Program-made: the position numbers and the translations under genes | Shown: one piece after another, positions 26,818 to 39,119 of the stretch | Position numbering within the stretch: position 1 is the stretch's first letter | Layout: the number at the start of each line of letters is the position of its first letter | Source of the DNA: Octopus sinensis | Taxonomy: Eukaryota | DNA length: 64,000 bases | Reading direction: 5' to 3' | NCBI RefSeq assembly: GCF_006345805.1 | Contig: NC_043006.1 | Location: 31,372,001 to 31,436,000 of the forward strand | Notes under the pieces: model-generated | Seen by the model: only the letters and a program-made list of their open reading frames with translations | What the model was told of the DNA's origin: nothing | Databases searched by the model: none

Positions 26818-27004
26818 TGTATGTATGTATGTATGTATGTACGTACGTACGTACGTACGTATGTATGTATGTATGTGTGTATGTATGTATGTACGTACGT
26901 ATGTTTCTATGTAATGGCGCTCATCCATCTAAAATTACTTAATTACTGCATATTTTGTTATTGTTTAACTTCAGGTCAGCTCTCATTTGGGAACACTATC
27001 ATTA

Positions 27005-27210
27005 TCATCATTGTTCGACCGTGGTCGAGACAATGGAATTTACCATGCTACGCCAGACTTCACGGTCCATCATGGCATTACGGAGGTCCTGTTGCTGGAT
27101 GCCTGTATCCCTGGAGATTACATCAGGGTAGGGGAGTGTGCGCCCTCTGGTATTGCGAGTAGATGGCTTCCAGAGGAGAAGAGTAGAAATTGCCTCATGA
27201 CCATCCATCC
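27005..27210 (-). mobile_element. RTE-clade LINE extreme 3' fragment
   Basis: LLLWKPSTRNTRGRTLPYPDVISRDTG...AMMDREVWRSMV*, followed by (TGA/TAA)n. Confidence 0.85.
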
Positions 27211-27641
27211 TCTCTCTTCTTAGATTAAATTAGATTGCCTCATGTGTATGAGACAGTAGGCTGTGGTTTTTAAGGGCGAGTTGGTAGCTATTTCTAACTG
27301 TCAGTCGGCCGTATTTGTATACGTGTAGATGTAATAGCACGTAGATATATGCGTCTTCATATCGGTATAGAAACGAAGACTACGGAACACTCCCCACCCC
27401 CACCTCACAAACCCCAATGAACAAAAAGTGTTTGTGAGAGGCGTGAGACGAGATGGAGGAGAGGGAGGAAGAAATAACAGAGTGTTAAGGGGGTGTTGCT
27501 TACCGAACAGGCAACCTATAGCAACTCATCACTTTTTTTCTAAAACCTTACCTATTCTCTGATTCCAGCTTGTCGGTTGTCTTCATACTGGGGCACCAGC
27601 GTCGTTCCTTGAAACGAATAATAATAATAATAATAATAATG

Positions 27642-28197
27642 AATGCCCTGATGCAGTACCAGACAGTGGCTTTCATGGCTTCTCATCTTAACTGATTGGA
27701 AGTGGTATATACATTGTTTTGTCTTGGTATAAAAGATGGGCTACAGCAAATATTCTGCTCAGTACCACAGATTTGCTTGTCAGTTGTTTGACCTTAACCA
27801 GTTGAGCATGTCCCTTAGTGGCTGGCGATATGTGCATCTCTGATCACGAGCAGAAGTAGTGGGGGAGCATCATAGCCATGTGTTGAGAGGCATTTTTTTA
27901 GGGTTTGAAAAATTCACCTCTGGAAACATGGGTGTTTCGTTCAACATCCTTAAACAACCCTTATTCAGGGACCTTTTGAGCGGGATGGGTTACTCAACCA
28001 GAAGAAAGTTCTAACTGGGCCCCCACCTGCAAGGTCATATGCTATTTATCTTGATATGAGATCACCATGTCGCACACATATGGTTGTGATGCATGTGCCT
28101 TGTGTACCCTTATCAGACGAGTAGTCATGACGGGTATATTGAGCTTCGTATATTTTACCCCAGTGTCACTTTGATGGCATGCACTGCTCTCTCACTC
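27642..28197 (+). mobile_element. ~555-bp (AAT)n-embedded retroposon-like repeat, copy 1
   Basis: Starts aatgccctga, ends ctctctcactc; (AAT)n on both sides; paralog at 28307-28854. Confidence 0.8.
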
Positions 28198-28234
28198 AAT
28201 AACAACAATAACAAAATAATAATAATAATAATAA

Positions 28235-28306
<72 letters not shown>

Positions 28307-28309
<3 letters not shown>

Positions 28310-28854
28310 GCCCTGATTCAGTACCAGGCAGAGGCTTTCATGGCTTTTCATCTTAACTAATTGGAAGTGTTATCATGTACATTGTTTTGTCTTGGTATAA
28401 AAGACAGGCTAGAGCAAATATTCTGTTCAATGCAAATATTCTGTTCAATGTCAGTTGCTTAACCTTAACCAGTTGATCATGTCCCTTAGTGGTTGACGAC
28501 ATGTGCATTTCTGATCACGAGCAGAAGTAGTGGAGGAGTGTCATAGCCGTGTGTTGAAAGGAATTCTTTGGGGTTTGGATAATTCACCTCTGGAGATATC
28601 GGTGTTTCATTCAACCCCCTTAAATAACCCTTATTCAGAGAACTTTTTAAGCGGGATGGGCTACTTGACCTGAAGAAAATACTAACTGGGCCCCACCTGC
28701 AATGTCATGCGCTGTTTATCTTGATATGAGATCACCATGTCGCACACATATGGTTGTGATGTATGTGCCTGGTTTACCCTTATCAGACGGGTATACTGGA
28801 CTTCGAATATTTTACCCCAGTGTCACTTTGATGGCTTGCAATGCTCTCTCACTC
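28307..28854 (+). mobile_element. ~550-bp (AAT)n-embedded repeat, copy 2
   Basis: Same ends as copy 1; visibly diverged. Confidence 0.8.
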
Positions 28855-28894
28855 AATAATAATAATAACAATAATAATAATAATAATAATAATA

Positions 28895-29045
28895 ATGGTT
28901 TCAAATTTCGCCACATGGGCAGACATTTTTAGGAGGGAGCTTAGTCGATCACAACGACCTCAGTGTTAAACTGGTACTTATTTTATCGACTCTGAAAGGA
29001 TGAAAAGCGAGGTCGACTTCAGTGGAATTTGAACTCCGGAGTAGA
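28895..29045 (-). mobile_element. SINE family B 3' part
   Basis: ggtttcaaatttcgccac...ggtacttattttatcgac...gtggaatttgaactc. Confidence 0.7.
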
Positions 29046-29268
29046 AGCAATATTATCGATAATGGCCGAAATTGCGTTTTACCCTCTGGCCGATAACTGA
29101 TGAAGAATTGGTGACCATCTGTATTTTCTGTTCGTCCGTTTATTTACTACACGTTTTTTTTTAAAATTATATGTATAGGTATGTCATATTTTCCGTTTGT
29201 CATTTTTTATTTACTCCTGAAAATATTTATATAACGCACGCACTCATTAATTTTTTACCTATATATAT

Positions 29269-29311
<43 letters not shown>

Positions 29312-29384
29312 CGGGAAGCTTTATGAAAATAAACAAAAGACGAAGGCAGGTGGAAAACAAACGAACAATTTATATATATATATA

Positions 29385-29453
29385 TATGAAATTTTGAATT
29401 TAGTTCACGGATCTCCAGTACTACCTTTGCGGACCACAGGTTGGGGACCACTG
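29385..29453 (-). mobile_element. hAT-type MITE terminus
   Basis: Minus strand cagtggtccccaacctgtggtccgc resembles hAT TIRs. Confidence 0.5.
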
Positions 29454-29821
29454 CACAAGATCTGACATATGTAATACAGTGAGACGAGCAGTTTCAATTA
29501 TCTTTGCGATTAATAGTTAAAAACTTCGCATGAAAGGGATTTTAAATTCTATAACCAACAAACAATGGAGATAATTCCATTAATATCAGTTGATATGAAT
29601 TTTTATAAAGACAATGTAGAAAGAAGTCGTTGTACTTAATGGCAACTGGTGAAATTAGTGAACATGTTTCATTCTTGTTAAACCTCATCAGCAGAACATA
29701 CGCCATCTCAGTTTATTCAGATGTAGAAATAGACAGAAAACAGTGACGATTGATTATGAATATCAATAAAAGGCACGAGAAAAGATATCCAGGGGAAGAG
29801 TCTATTTATCAAATGCACAGC

Positions 29822-30170
29822 ATGGATGTTGGGTAAGAAGTTTTTTTTCCAACCATAGGTTCCGAGTTCAGTTCTACTGTGTGACACCTTGCGCAGGAGT
29901 CTTCTCTTACAACCATGCACTGAACAAAGCCATGGGGGTGAGACGGAAACTGAAAGAAGCCCGTGCTACGCACACATACACACACGTTGTTCCTCATCAT
30001 CGCTTGACAACCGGTGGTGGTTTGTTTAAATCCTCATAACTTAGCAGTAAGGCAAGAGACAGTATAAGTATCAAGCTTATGAAATACAAAAAAAGTACTG
30101 GGGTCGAGTTGTTCGACTAAAACTTTCCGAAAAGGTGCCCCAACAGGGCCACTGTCCAATGAGGGAAACA
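29822..30170 (+). mobile_element. SINE family A, degenerate
   Basis: Head and tail motifs present. Confidence 0.7.
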
Positions 30171-30639
30171 CGGAAATGCTAAAAGGTAGCCACGTTCTTT
30201 TTCATACCCAACACCGCTTCCACAATCCGCCACCGTTTCTCTTGACCACTTCATGTCACTGGTCTGTTTCATTTATTTATCTTGCCCACCTTGTTTTATT
30301 GCTCCTTTGTAAGGTGCATCTTCAAGATGATGGTCATTTTTGGAGACCTCAGTATTAGTGCATCCTAAACAAGAGTTTTTCAGTATTTATATGTGCAAGT
30401 TATACAGCGAATATGAAGCACACACATACACACAAACACACGCACACACACACACACATGCACACAAACACGCGCGCGCGCATGCATGTATATATATAGC
30501 ATATATATACATATTTATATACAAGCATACACGTCTGTATGTTTGTATTTGTCTTTCCCTATATCTATGTGTGTGATGTGTGTGTGTGTGTGTTTCATTG
30601 TATGTACATAACTATAAACATACATACACACACGCACGC

Positions 30640-31613
30640 AAGATACATCTCCAGGGTGGTGAGCTGTGCCTCATCTTCAGTGATGTATCCTGGTCTCATC
30701 ACGTTCTACGCCTCCACTCGACTAGGGTTGATCAAACCTCGACTAAACTTCCTCACAACAAAACTCCATGAATCAACCTTCTTAAACCAAAGCCACTTGA
30801 TTGTAGTTTCTGCAGCTTCATTTACAGACTGAATAGTCCTGTCCTATGCTACCCTAGCGAAGACCAATCGGTTGAAGACTTTCTAGAGTGAGCGTCGTTC
30901 AAAGCCTCTACAAGCCACCACTTTAGGTCTATAATACGTTTTCCAACCTCTAGAACAGGAAATGTCTTAAGAAGATTATTAATACACTCTTGCCAAGGAA
31001 CTGTAAGTTCCAGCCTAATTACTTGTTTTCTTGCTTCAGAGATGACCAACTTGTTCTGCAGGGACCCATGTTGGGACTGTGCTCTGTGCAAACATAAACT
31101 AACATAGTGGCCAGTGAGAAACTGTGCAAAGGGAGCCAACCATTGTCTTGCGGTGTGGGTGTGATTTCTCTTCAGCTTTGACAAACCTAATTGTCTTCTT
31201 TGGAACATAGTTCTGTTCACTCGTACTGATTGGTCGTGGGTCAACTCTCAGCAGCCACCTTCAACACCTGACGTGAATGCCACTGAAAGAAGTCTTCGAC
31301 AAGGTTTGGGGTGGCTGCTAAGGAGACGTTCTAAGGACCTTCAGACGAGGGCGGCATGATGGTGTCTATCCTGCTCCAAATCTGGAAATTGTCAGGACTT
31401 GGTAGGGAATTATAGACAGTCTGAATAATGAACTGGGCAAGATGGAAGCCTGCCAGCACAATACAGCGCTCCACTGCGTGTGGTATGGATGTCTCGGTTT
31501 CAGTTCTAATCACTCGCTCTTCTACACTAGCGCGGATCTTCTGAATAAAATGATGCCTATCTGGGCCTTGCCAACATGGGACTTTGGACAGTATTTCAGG
31601 CATAGTCAACCAG
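30640..31613 (-). mobile_element. HERO/NeSL-type (RLE) LINE 3' fragment, degenerate
   Basis: FIIQTVYNSLPSPDNFQIW, WHSRQVLK and LVISEARKQVIRLELTVPWQE (RLE), then 3' UTR. Confidence 0.85.
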
Positions 31614-31628
31614 CCACCAACGCGCGCG

Positions 31629-31665
<37 letters not shown>

Positions 31666-31753
31666 TTGAAATTTATAGAAAAACAAAGATGAAGACATGT
31701 GTAGGTACAACAAACAGGTGTATTAGTTTGACGCTGGGGGGAAAGGGAAAAGT

Positions 31754-31789
31754 CTTTAACGTTTCGAGTCTAAGCTCTTCGACAGAAAG
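31754..31789 (-). ncRNA. Minimal hammerhead-like motif, CUGU core variant (pLTR remnant 31670-31789)
   Basis: CTTT-CTGTCGA-A-GAGC-TTAG-ACTC-GAAAC-GT-T-AAAG. Confidence 0.5.
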
Positions 31790-31854
31790 GAATAAGAGGG
31801 AATAGAATGAATGAAAAAAATGTGTTGAGTTCAGAGGCCCAAAATCACGGGCGG

Positions 31855-31980
31855 CTCTCAGTTTCTGTTTACTAAATCCACTCATAAGGCTTTGGTCAGC
31901 CCAAGTCTATAGTCGAAGAAACTTATCCAAGATGTCACGCAGTGGGACTGAACCTGGAACGCACCCACGCCTGCGCCTAT
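31855..31980 (-). mobile_element. SINE family A 5' half
   Basis: Reverse complement of aggcgcaggc...ggttcagtcccactgcgtg...gtttccgtttactaaatccactc-like body. Confidence 0.7.
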
Positions 31981-32178
31981 TCGCGTGCACACAAACATAT
32001 ATACATATGTATACACACACGTATATTTTCTTCTCTTTTTTACCCCGTAGCTCTGTACGTATGTATGTATGTATGTAGTATGTATGTATGTATGTATGTA
32101 TGTATGTATGTATGTACGTATGTATGCATGTATGTATGTATATATGTATGTGTGAATATGTATGTATGTGTATGCATG

Positions 32179-32209
<31 letters not shown>

Positions 32210-32576
32210 GGCAAAGCAGAGTTCTATTTTGGGGGGGTGAAGAAAGTGAACATTTGACCGTATCGACTTCACTTCTTGACTGGCACTTTCTTTATCGACC
32301 CCGGTAAAATGAAAGCAAATTGAATTTTGAAACTTTTAATAGCGACGAGCTGTTAATATGTTACCAATGTCTTCATGTGGATATTTTGACAATTATTCAA
32401 TCATAGTTTCCATAATGCAAGGAGCACAGTTAGGCATGAGTAGAAACGAGATTCCAATCAGTTGCTAATTAAGTCAATAAAGGGAAGTCACTATACAGGC
32501 ACTGGTTGCTTCCCTTGTGTTGAATACCACTGCTAACCGGTAGCATTCCTGACAAAATTAATATATAGTGCATATC

Positions 32577-32611
<35 letters not shown>

Positions 32612-32715
32612 GTATCTATACACGCGCAATGTGCAAAACTGAAAATGTAAGACAATTTTGTCATTGATAATTTATATGCCATCTGAGAATTTGTTCTGAT
32701 ATACGAATTTATGCA

Positions 32716-32747
<32 letters not shown>

Positions 32748-32799
32748 TTGTCGACTGCACATACCCAATGTATGTATTTTGCTTGTTCGCCAGTTCACT

Positions 32800-33170
32800 G
32801 CGGAACAGAGCCTTCGAGACGACTCCTTCATAGCAATGGGTGTTAAAACAATTCGCCTCTAATCTCATTCAGGAGCGATGGATATGATATTTCGTCATTT
32901 TTGTAGTTTATCAACATCGCGTACCTGAATAGAACCGGAGACGATCTGAATCACTTGTCCACTACTATAAACAAATAGTGTAAGAACTATTTGCTGATAT
33001 GCTATGATAATGATGATTATATATGAATAATGTTGTAAACCGCACATACTCTTCGCCGTGGAATTGCGCTCGGTGTACCAGCTCTTTCTGAAAGCATTTG
33101 TTCTCCAGAGGACAATTTAAAGAATATCTAAATTTACATTGTCGTTGAGGGGTGGGGGAGAGTTGCATGA
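32800..33170 (-). pseudogene. Degenerate Penelope-like element C-terminus (Cys-rich/GIY-YIG region) and pLTR start
   Basis: CKFRYSLNCPLENKCFQKELVHRAQFHGEEYVRFT ~ CxC...CPLxxxC...VYxA...YIGxT; LLNEIRGEL ~ LLNKRxEL. Confidence 0.6.
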
Positions 33171-33968
33171 GTTAATTTTGCTTATGCTATTGTGTTTCAG
33201 AATCTGTGGACCAATGTTTAGGCTGCAATTTTCCCTAACTTTAACAGTGTTTCTCTTGAATATTTTGTGATAATGGGTATATTCACATAAAATCATTGGT
33301 ATCGTATTAGCAGCACTTTACTATTAAAAGCAATTCCTCATCCACCAGTGCGGTGTTGATTGCTCAATTTTTAGATCGCTACTTACGCGCGTGCGCGAGT
33401 ATGTGTATGGGTACATGTTTCCCTATATATGTGTATGATATAATGAAATTAAACCAAATAGTAATATTGTGGAATCATTTCATACGTACGTTTCAGGTCT
33501 GCGTAATATTTATAACAGGAAATGCATCGATTACGTAATACCTTCCTCAGTTAAAGTGTTTCAAAAATATGTTTGATTCTATAATGTTAACAATTTTTTG
33601 CGGTTGACCATTATTGTTTTATTATCTTTTGGCAAATACTAAGATAAGTAATGAAAGGAAATAATTTCTTGTAAACTTTTTTTTCTCTATACAAGACAAA
33701 ATTAATTAACCTTGTTAAAACCCCAAATTCTTTTGTCTGTAAATATATGTTACCAACGAAAGGAGATCACCGTTGGTTTACAGGTTACGGCTACAAAGGG
33801 AGCAGTAGACTCTCTTGTTCACAGTATATGAACACAGATCATGTGCCGGTAGCCAGCTAGAAAAGATGTTTTCCGGAGGCTAAAAGTAGTAACATCGTCC
33901 TGCATAGGACTGCCACGTTGCGTTGGCACACAGACTTTACTACACACACACACACACACATACATACA

Positions 33969-34004
<36 letters not shown>

Positions 34005-34007
34005 TAT

Positions 34008-35172
34008 ATGAATGAGCTCGAGGACAAAACCGTGGTGTTGAGGACTTATTCAAAGTCGCTCAACACCATAATGGTTTTCCCGAAAGACACTATTGTTGAC
34101 GAGCTGGCAGACTATATGCCAGCCGTTAAATACATTCAACGGGGAGCCAAATACGAAACGATTTGGTTGCTGTTTGGCTCCCCTAAAGATGCTTGCGAGT
34201 TTGCAAGCAGGCCCATTGAGGGCAAGGAAATCTTGTTTCTCCCCAGTTACAGGGGAAAAAAATTGACAAGACTATGGGTCTGCGGCCTGCCACCCGGCAT
34301 TGAACCCGAGTGGATAGAAGACTCTATCCGCCGGGGTCTGGGTGACAGGGACGCAAAGATCCTGAATGTCAATATACAGTCTGCGGCTGATTGGGAGGGG
34401 TCTAAGGCTACCTTAACCCTATGGACCCAGTCTGCCAAGAGTCTGGTTTTGCCAGACTTTTTGAGAATGGCCGGGTCCAAGTATCCGGTGATGCTTGAGG
34501 GACGCCCCCCCCCAAGTGTCACCTGTGTTTGGAGACCGGCCACATCAAGAAGAGCTGCCCCAGGGACCAGAGTAGGATCCTGGAGCGGCTGATATTGGAG
34601 CCTCTCCCTGCCTCTTCAATGGAGGGAGAGAAGCAAAGTGAGGAGGGGGAAAAATCCTCCTCCAAAAGAAAGAGAAAGGCGGGGAGCAATGGCGACCCAC
34701 CAAAGGACCCGAAAGCTGCGGGAGAGGAGAATCCGGTGCGCACAGCTCCGGAACCTCAGCCTCCCGTGGCCCAGGGCCAGAAGAAAAAGAAAAAAAAAAG
34801 AGAAACGGAGCGTCGCCGGCGGATTGCTACACGCAGACGGCGGTTCCCGAGTATCCCGGGTCCTCTCAGGCGGGTGTGCCGCCTGAGGGACTATTCGTGG
34901 AAGATTTTGTGCTCCTCTTTTTCAAAGGAAAAAAGGTGGAAAGCACCGTGAGAAAAGTGAGAAAGAGAGGACATTGGGAGGTAATCCGGTCCTGTGTGGA
35001 AAACCCCGAATGGCCTTCGCAGTTAGCTGCGGGGTTCGTGGGAAGGGCTGATCTACACAGGATCGTGGGTTCCTGCCCGGCGGACTCCTTCAAGACTATA
35101 CCACTGGACACCGGCCTGACCAGCGAGTATTGCCTCAATGAGGCAAGAGCAATGGTCGGCCGGGTCACATAG
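34008..35172 (+). pseudogene. L1/Tx1-type ORF1 (gag-like) with CCHC zinc knuckle, two frameshifts
   Basis: MNELEDKTVVLRTY...LWVCGLPPGIEPEWI...PVMLEGRPP; +frameshift KCHLCLETGHIKKSCP (CX2CX4HX4C); basic linker; final segment stops at 35170-35172. Confidence 0.8.
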
Positions 35173-35174
35173 GT

Positions 35175-35320
35175 TGTGTAACATCTTTGTAACATGTGGA
35201 AGAGGAGGTTCGTTGCCTCCTCTAAAATATGTAATTTGATATCATGTGAACATTTTGTAACATTTTGAAGAGGAGGTTTATTGCCTCCTCTAAAATTTGT
35301 AATTTGTAATCATTGTATTA
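35175..35320 (+). repeat. Two 68-bp direct repeats, each with an 8-bp stem-loop
   Basis: agaggagg-ttcgttg-cctcctct (35201-35223) and agaggagg-tttattg-cctcctct (35269-35291). Confidence 0.9.
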
Positions 35321-35479
35321 AATGTAATTATTGAACATTGTTTTAGAGAAGCAAGAGTCGGCGGGCGCTTTTTGACTTCTCCCATCACCATCTTCATCCA
35401 CCACCACCATCATCCATTAATGTCTTTGTCCAGCCCGAAGCTACTCTGTGTGCTGCCCTAGTGGCAAATTATTGAAATA

Positions 35480-35858
35480 AAGTAGCTTGTTTACCAACCA
35501 CATGGTTCCGGGTTCAGTCCCACTGCGTGGCACCTTGGGCAAGTGTCTTCTACTATAGCCTCGGGCCGACCAAAGCCTTGTGAGTGGATTTGGTAGACGG
35601 AAACTGAAAGAAGCCCGTCGTATATATGTATATATATATACATGCGTGTGTGTGTTTGTGTTTGTCCCCCTAGCATTGCTTGACAACCGATGCTGGTATG
35701 TTTATGTCCCCGTTACTTAGCGGTTCGGCAGAAGAGACCGATAGAATAAGTACTGGGCTTACAAAAGAATAAGTCCCGCGGTCGAGTTGCTCGATTAAAG
35801 GCGGTGCTCCAGCAATGTCGCAGTCAAATGACTGAAACAAGTAAAAAAGTAAAAGAGT
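35480..35858 (+). mobile_element. SINE family A, young copy
   Basis: Close to family consensus along its length. Confidence 0.92.
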
Positions 35859-36040
35859 ATATATACATACATATATATAAATATATATATACATATACAT
35901 AAATATATATTTATACATATACATATATATATATACATACATATAGATATATACATACATACATATATATATATATACATATACATACATATATATATAT
36001 ATATACATATACATGCATATATTTACATATAAATTTAGAT

Positions 36041-36090
36041 GTTTCGACCAAAGATTGGTCCAGGCCATGTCTAACTTAATAGCACCACCT
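36041..36090 (+). repeat. 50-bp motif embedded in (TA)n
   Basis: gtttcgacca...caggccatgtctaacttaatagcaccacct; second copy at 50117-50165. Confidence 0.75.
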
Positions 36091-36116
36091 CTATCTATAT
36101 ATATATATATATCTAC

Positions 36117-36153
<37 letters not shown>

Positions 36154-36339
36154 AAAAAGGAGATGTGGAACACGAGTTGTGATATATAAAAAAGGAAATG
36201 AAGAAAATGCTGACAAAATAATTTAAGTAATTTAAGTAATTTAATTACGTGAAAGTTCTTTTTACCGGTTGTGCATTTGTTATGCTTATCAAAATTTTTT
36301 TAAGAGAGATAGAGTTCCTTTCTGATAGATTTTTTCCTC

Positions 36340-36385
36340 TTATCTGAAAGAAACCCGTCGTACATATGTATATACATGTGTGTGT

Positions 36386-36430
<45 letters not shown>

Positions 36431-36630
36431 GTGTGTCTGTGTTTGTCCCTCCAACATCGCTTGACAACCGATGGTGGTGTGTTAACGTTCCCGTAACTTA
36501 GCGGTTCGGCAAAATAGACCGATAGAATAAGTACTAGGCTTCCAAAGAATAAGTCTTGGGGGTCGATTTGCTCGACTAAAGGCGTTGCTCCAGCATGGCC
36601 GCAGTCAAATGACTGAAACAAGTAAAAGAG
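36340..36630 (+). mobile_element. SINE family A 3' half
   Basis: gaaacccgtcg...(TG)n...ccagcatggccgcagtcaaatgactgaaacaagtaaaagag. Confidence 0.88.
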
Positions 36631-37659
36631 AAAAAAATAGAGAATTTATCGTTTTGTAAAAGACACTGAAGCCATGACCAACCTGTCTGAAATGCAAGCA
36701 CAGGGCTACATTATCGAACGTATTTTTGTCATTTTCCATGACAACAGAGTCTGATTTGATGGAGATTTGGCTGCTATTTTTGGCAGCTAACTATTTTCTT
36801 CCTCCAAATTCTTCATAGTTGTTGTTCATTCCTATGTCAACCTTGATCCAACATAGCTGCATCCAAAAATATACCAGCCGTGACCATCTCATCTTATTTT
36901 TGTATGGAAGGAACTCGCATCCACGCACTACTTAACATGCCCTTTTCTAAGTTGGCAGGTTTAAGGGAGAATGACTGCTATTTCTGATAGGTCGAGCGAC
37001 CACCCAGACGTTCCTACGAAGTATTTGGGTAGAACGTCGAGAGGGAGTGGTTACGAGGAGTGGGGTAGGAAGTGGAAGGAGTGATGTCAGTCATCACAAA
37101 AACAGCAGCAGCTTCTGTGGCAGTGATGATGAGGACGACGGTGGTGGCAGAGATGGAGATGGTGGCGATGATGATGATGATGATGATGAAATTGATCATG
37201 CTAATTGCTGAACACTTGTTGACTTGACATAGGCCGTTTACTCGCTCAGCCAACCAAAGATTAGAATTACCAACACCACCACTCCTCCTCAACCCCAACG
37301 TCACCAATACCTTCATCATTATCATCAGCATCAGCATCAACTCTTCCACTGCCATCAATGCCAACAATAAAACTGGCGATTCTCTCTTTCAGGAATATTT
37401 AGCTAAGGCAAAGAGAGTGACCTTTGACCAATAATTTCCCCCGCCTCATTTCCACACCCCTTTCTATTCTAGGTATTGTTATTTTTTTTTAACATTACTT
37501 TAAAGAAGGCATTGTGTTCTAAGGGCCACGTGATTGCCTTTCTGTTCTTCATTAGGCACGAAAGGTTTTACCAATTGCTTGTACAGGCACCGTACACATA
37601 CACACACACACAGAACTCGTTTGGTGTGAACTTCGGGAAAAACAGAGAACTCGGTACCA

Positions 37660-37950
37660 TAGTAGAGACTTCGAGCCATGCCTGGTTCACAAGGACCGGT
37701 TTCCCGGTTTCAATGGCGTATAGGTATAGATTCCCCACCTGGACGGGACGCCAGTCCATTGCATGTGAGCTGCAAGATGCAGGAGGAAAGAGTGAGAGAA
37801 AGTTGTGGCGAAAGAGTGAACAGAAGTTTGTCATTACTTTTTGCCGCGTGGAGCTTAGGTGTTTCGCTCATAAACACACATATATCACCCAGTCTGAGAT
37901 TAGAACCCACCATCTCTCGACTACTAGGTCATGTGCCCCTACACGCCTTA
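37660..37950 (-). mobile_element. SINE with family C head and V-domain-like body
   Basis: Minus strand ctttcgccacaactttctctcactctttcc then gcaatggactggcgtcccgtccaggtg. Confidence 0.65.
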
Positions 37951-38027
37951 AGTAGTAGTAGAGACTTTTAAATATTTCATTTTGGTCGAGTCAGTGTCTT
38001 GCTGCCCAGACTTTAGCCTTAACTTTA

Positions 38028-38067
<40 letters not shown>

Positions 38068-38069
38068 TC

Positions 38070-38313
38070 TCCTTTTTTCTTCTTTTTTCATTTCTCTTTT
38101 CTTTTGTTCCTTTTCCTTTTCTTTTTTTCTTTTTATATTTTTTCTTTTATTTTTTTTTATTTTTGTTCTTTTCTTCCCTCTTGATCGAAAACCTATGCCA
38201 CCCTCCTTTTTTTTGTTTCTTTTGTTTTTTTTGTTTTTTCATCCCCCAAAAGAAAAGCTCTACCTTGTAACTTGTCCCATCTGTGTGCAGCCCTGTGTGG
38301 CCAATAAAGAAAC
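38070..38313 (+). mobile_element. Tx1-like LINE 3' UTR-only copy
   Basis: caaaagaaaagctctaccttgtaa...ctgtgtgcagccctgtgtggccaataaagaaac matches 2130-2197; (CTAT)n on both sides. Confidence 0.9.
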
Positions 38314-38790
<477 letters not shown>

Positions 38791-39086
38791 TTATAAATAT
38801 GCGTGAATATAAATAGACGGATGTATTACGCATCCATGTGCGTATGTGTATGCCTTTCTTTGTTATATTTATGCTATGACATCACTTGAAAGAAATAACT
38901 GTTTCATAAATTTTGCGGTCTGTCAAATAGAGTTCGATAAAATAAGTCTGAGACAAAAAAGTAATAGGGTTGATATGATCCACTTTCAGTGTAATGTCCC
39001 AACTTGGCGGCGGTGCAATGACTGGATAAGAGGAATGTGTGTGTGTGTGTGTGTCTGTGTGTGTTGTGTGTGTGTGTGTGTGTGTG

Positions 39087-39118
<32 letters not shown>

Positions 39119-39119
39119 T

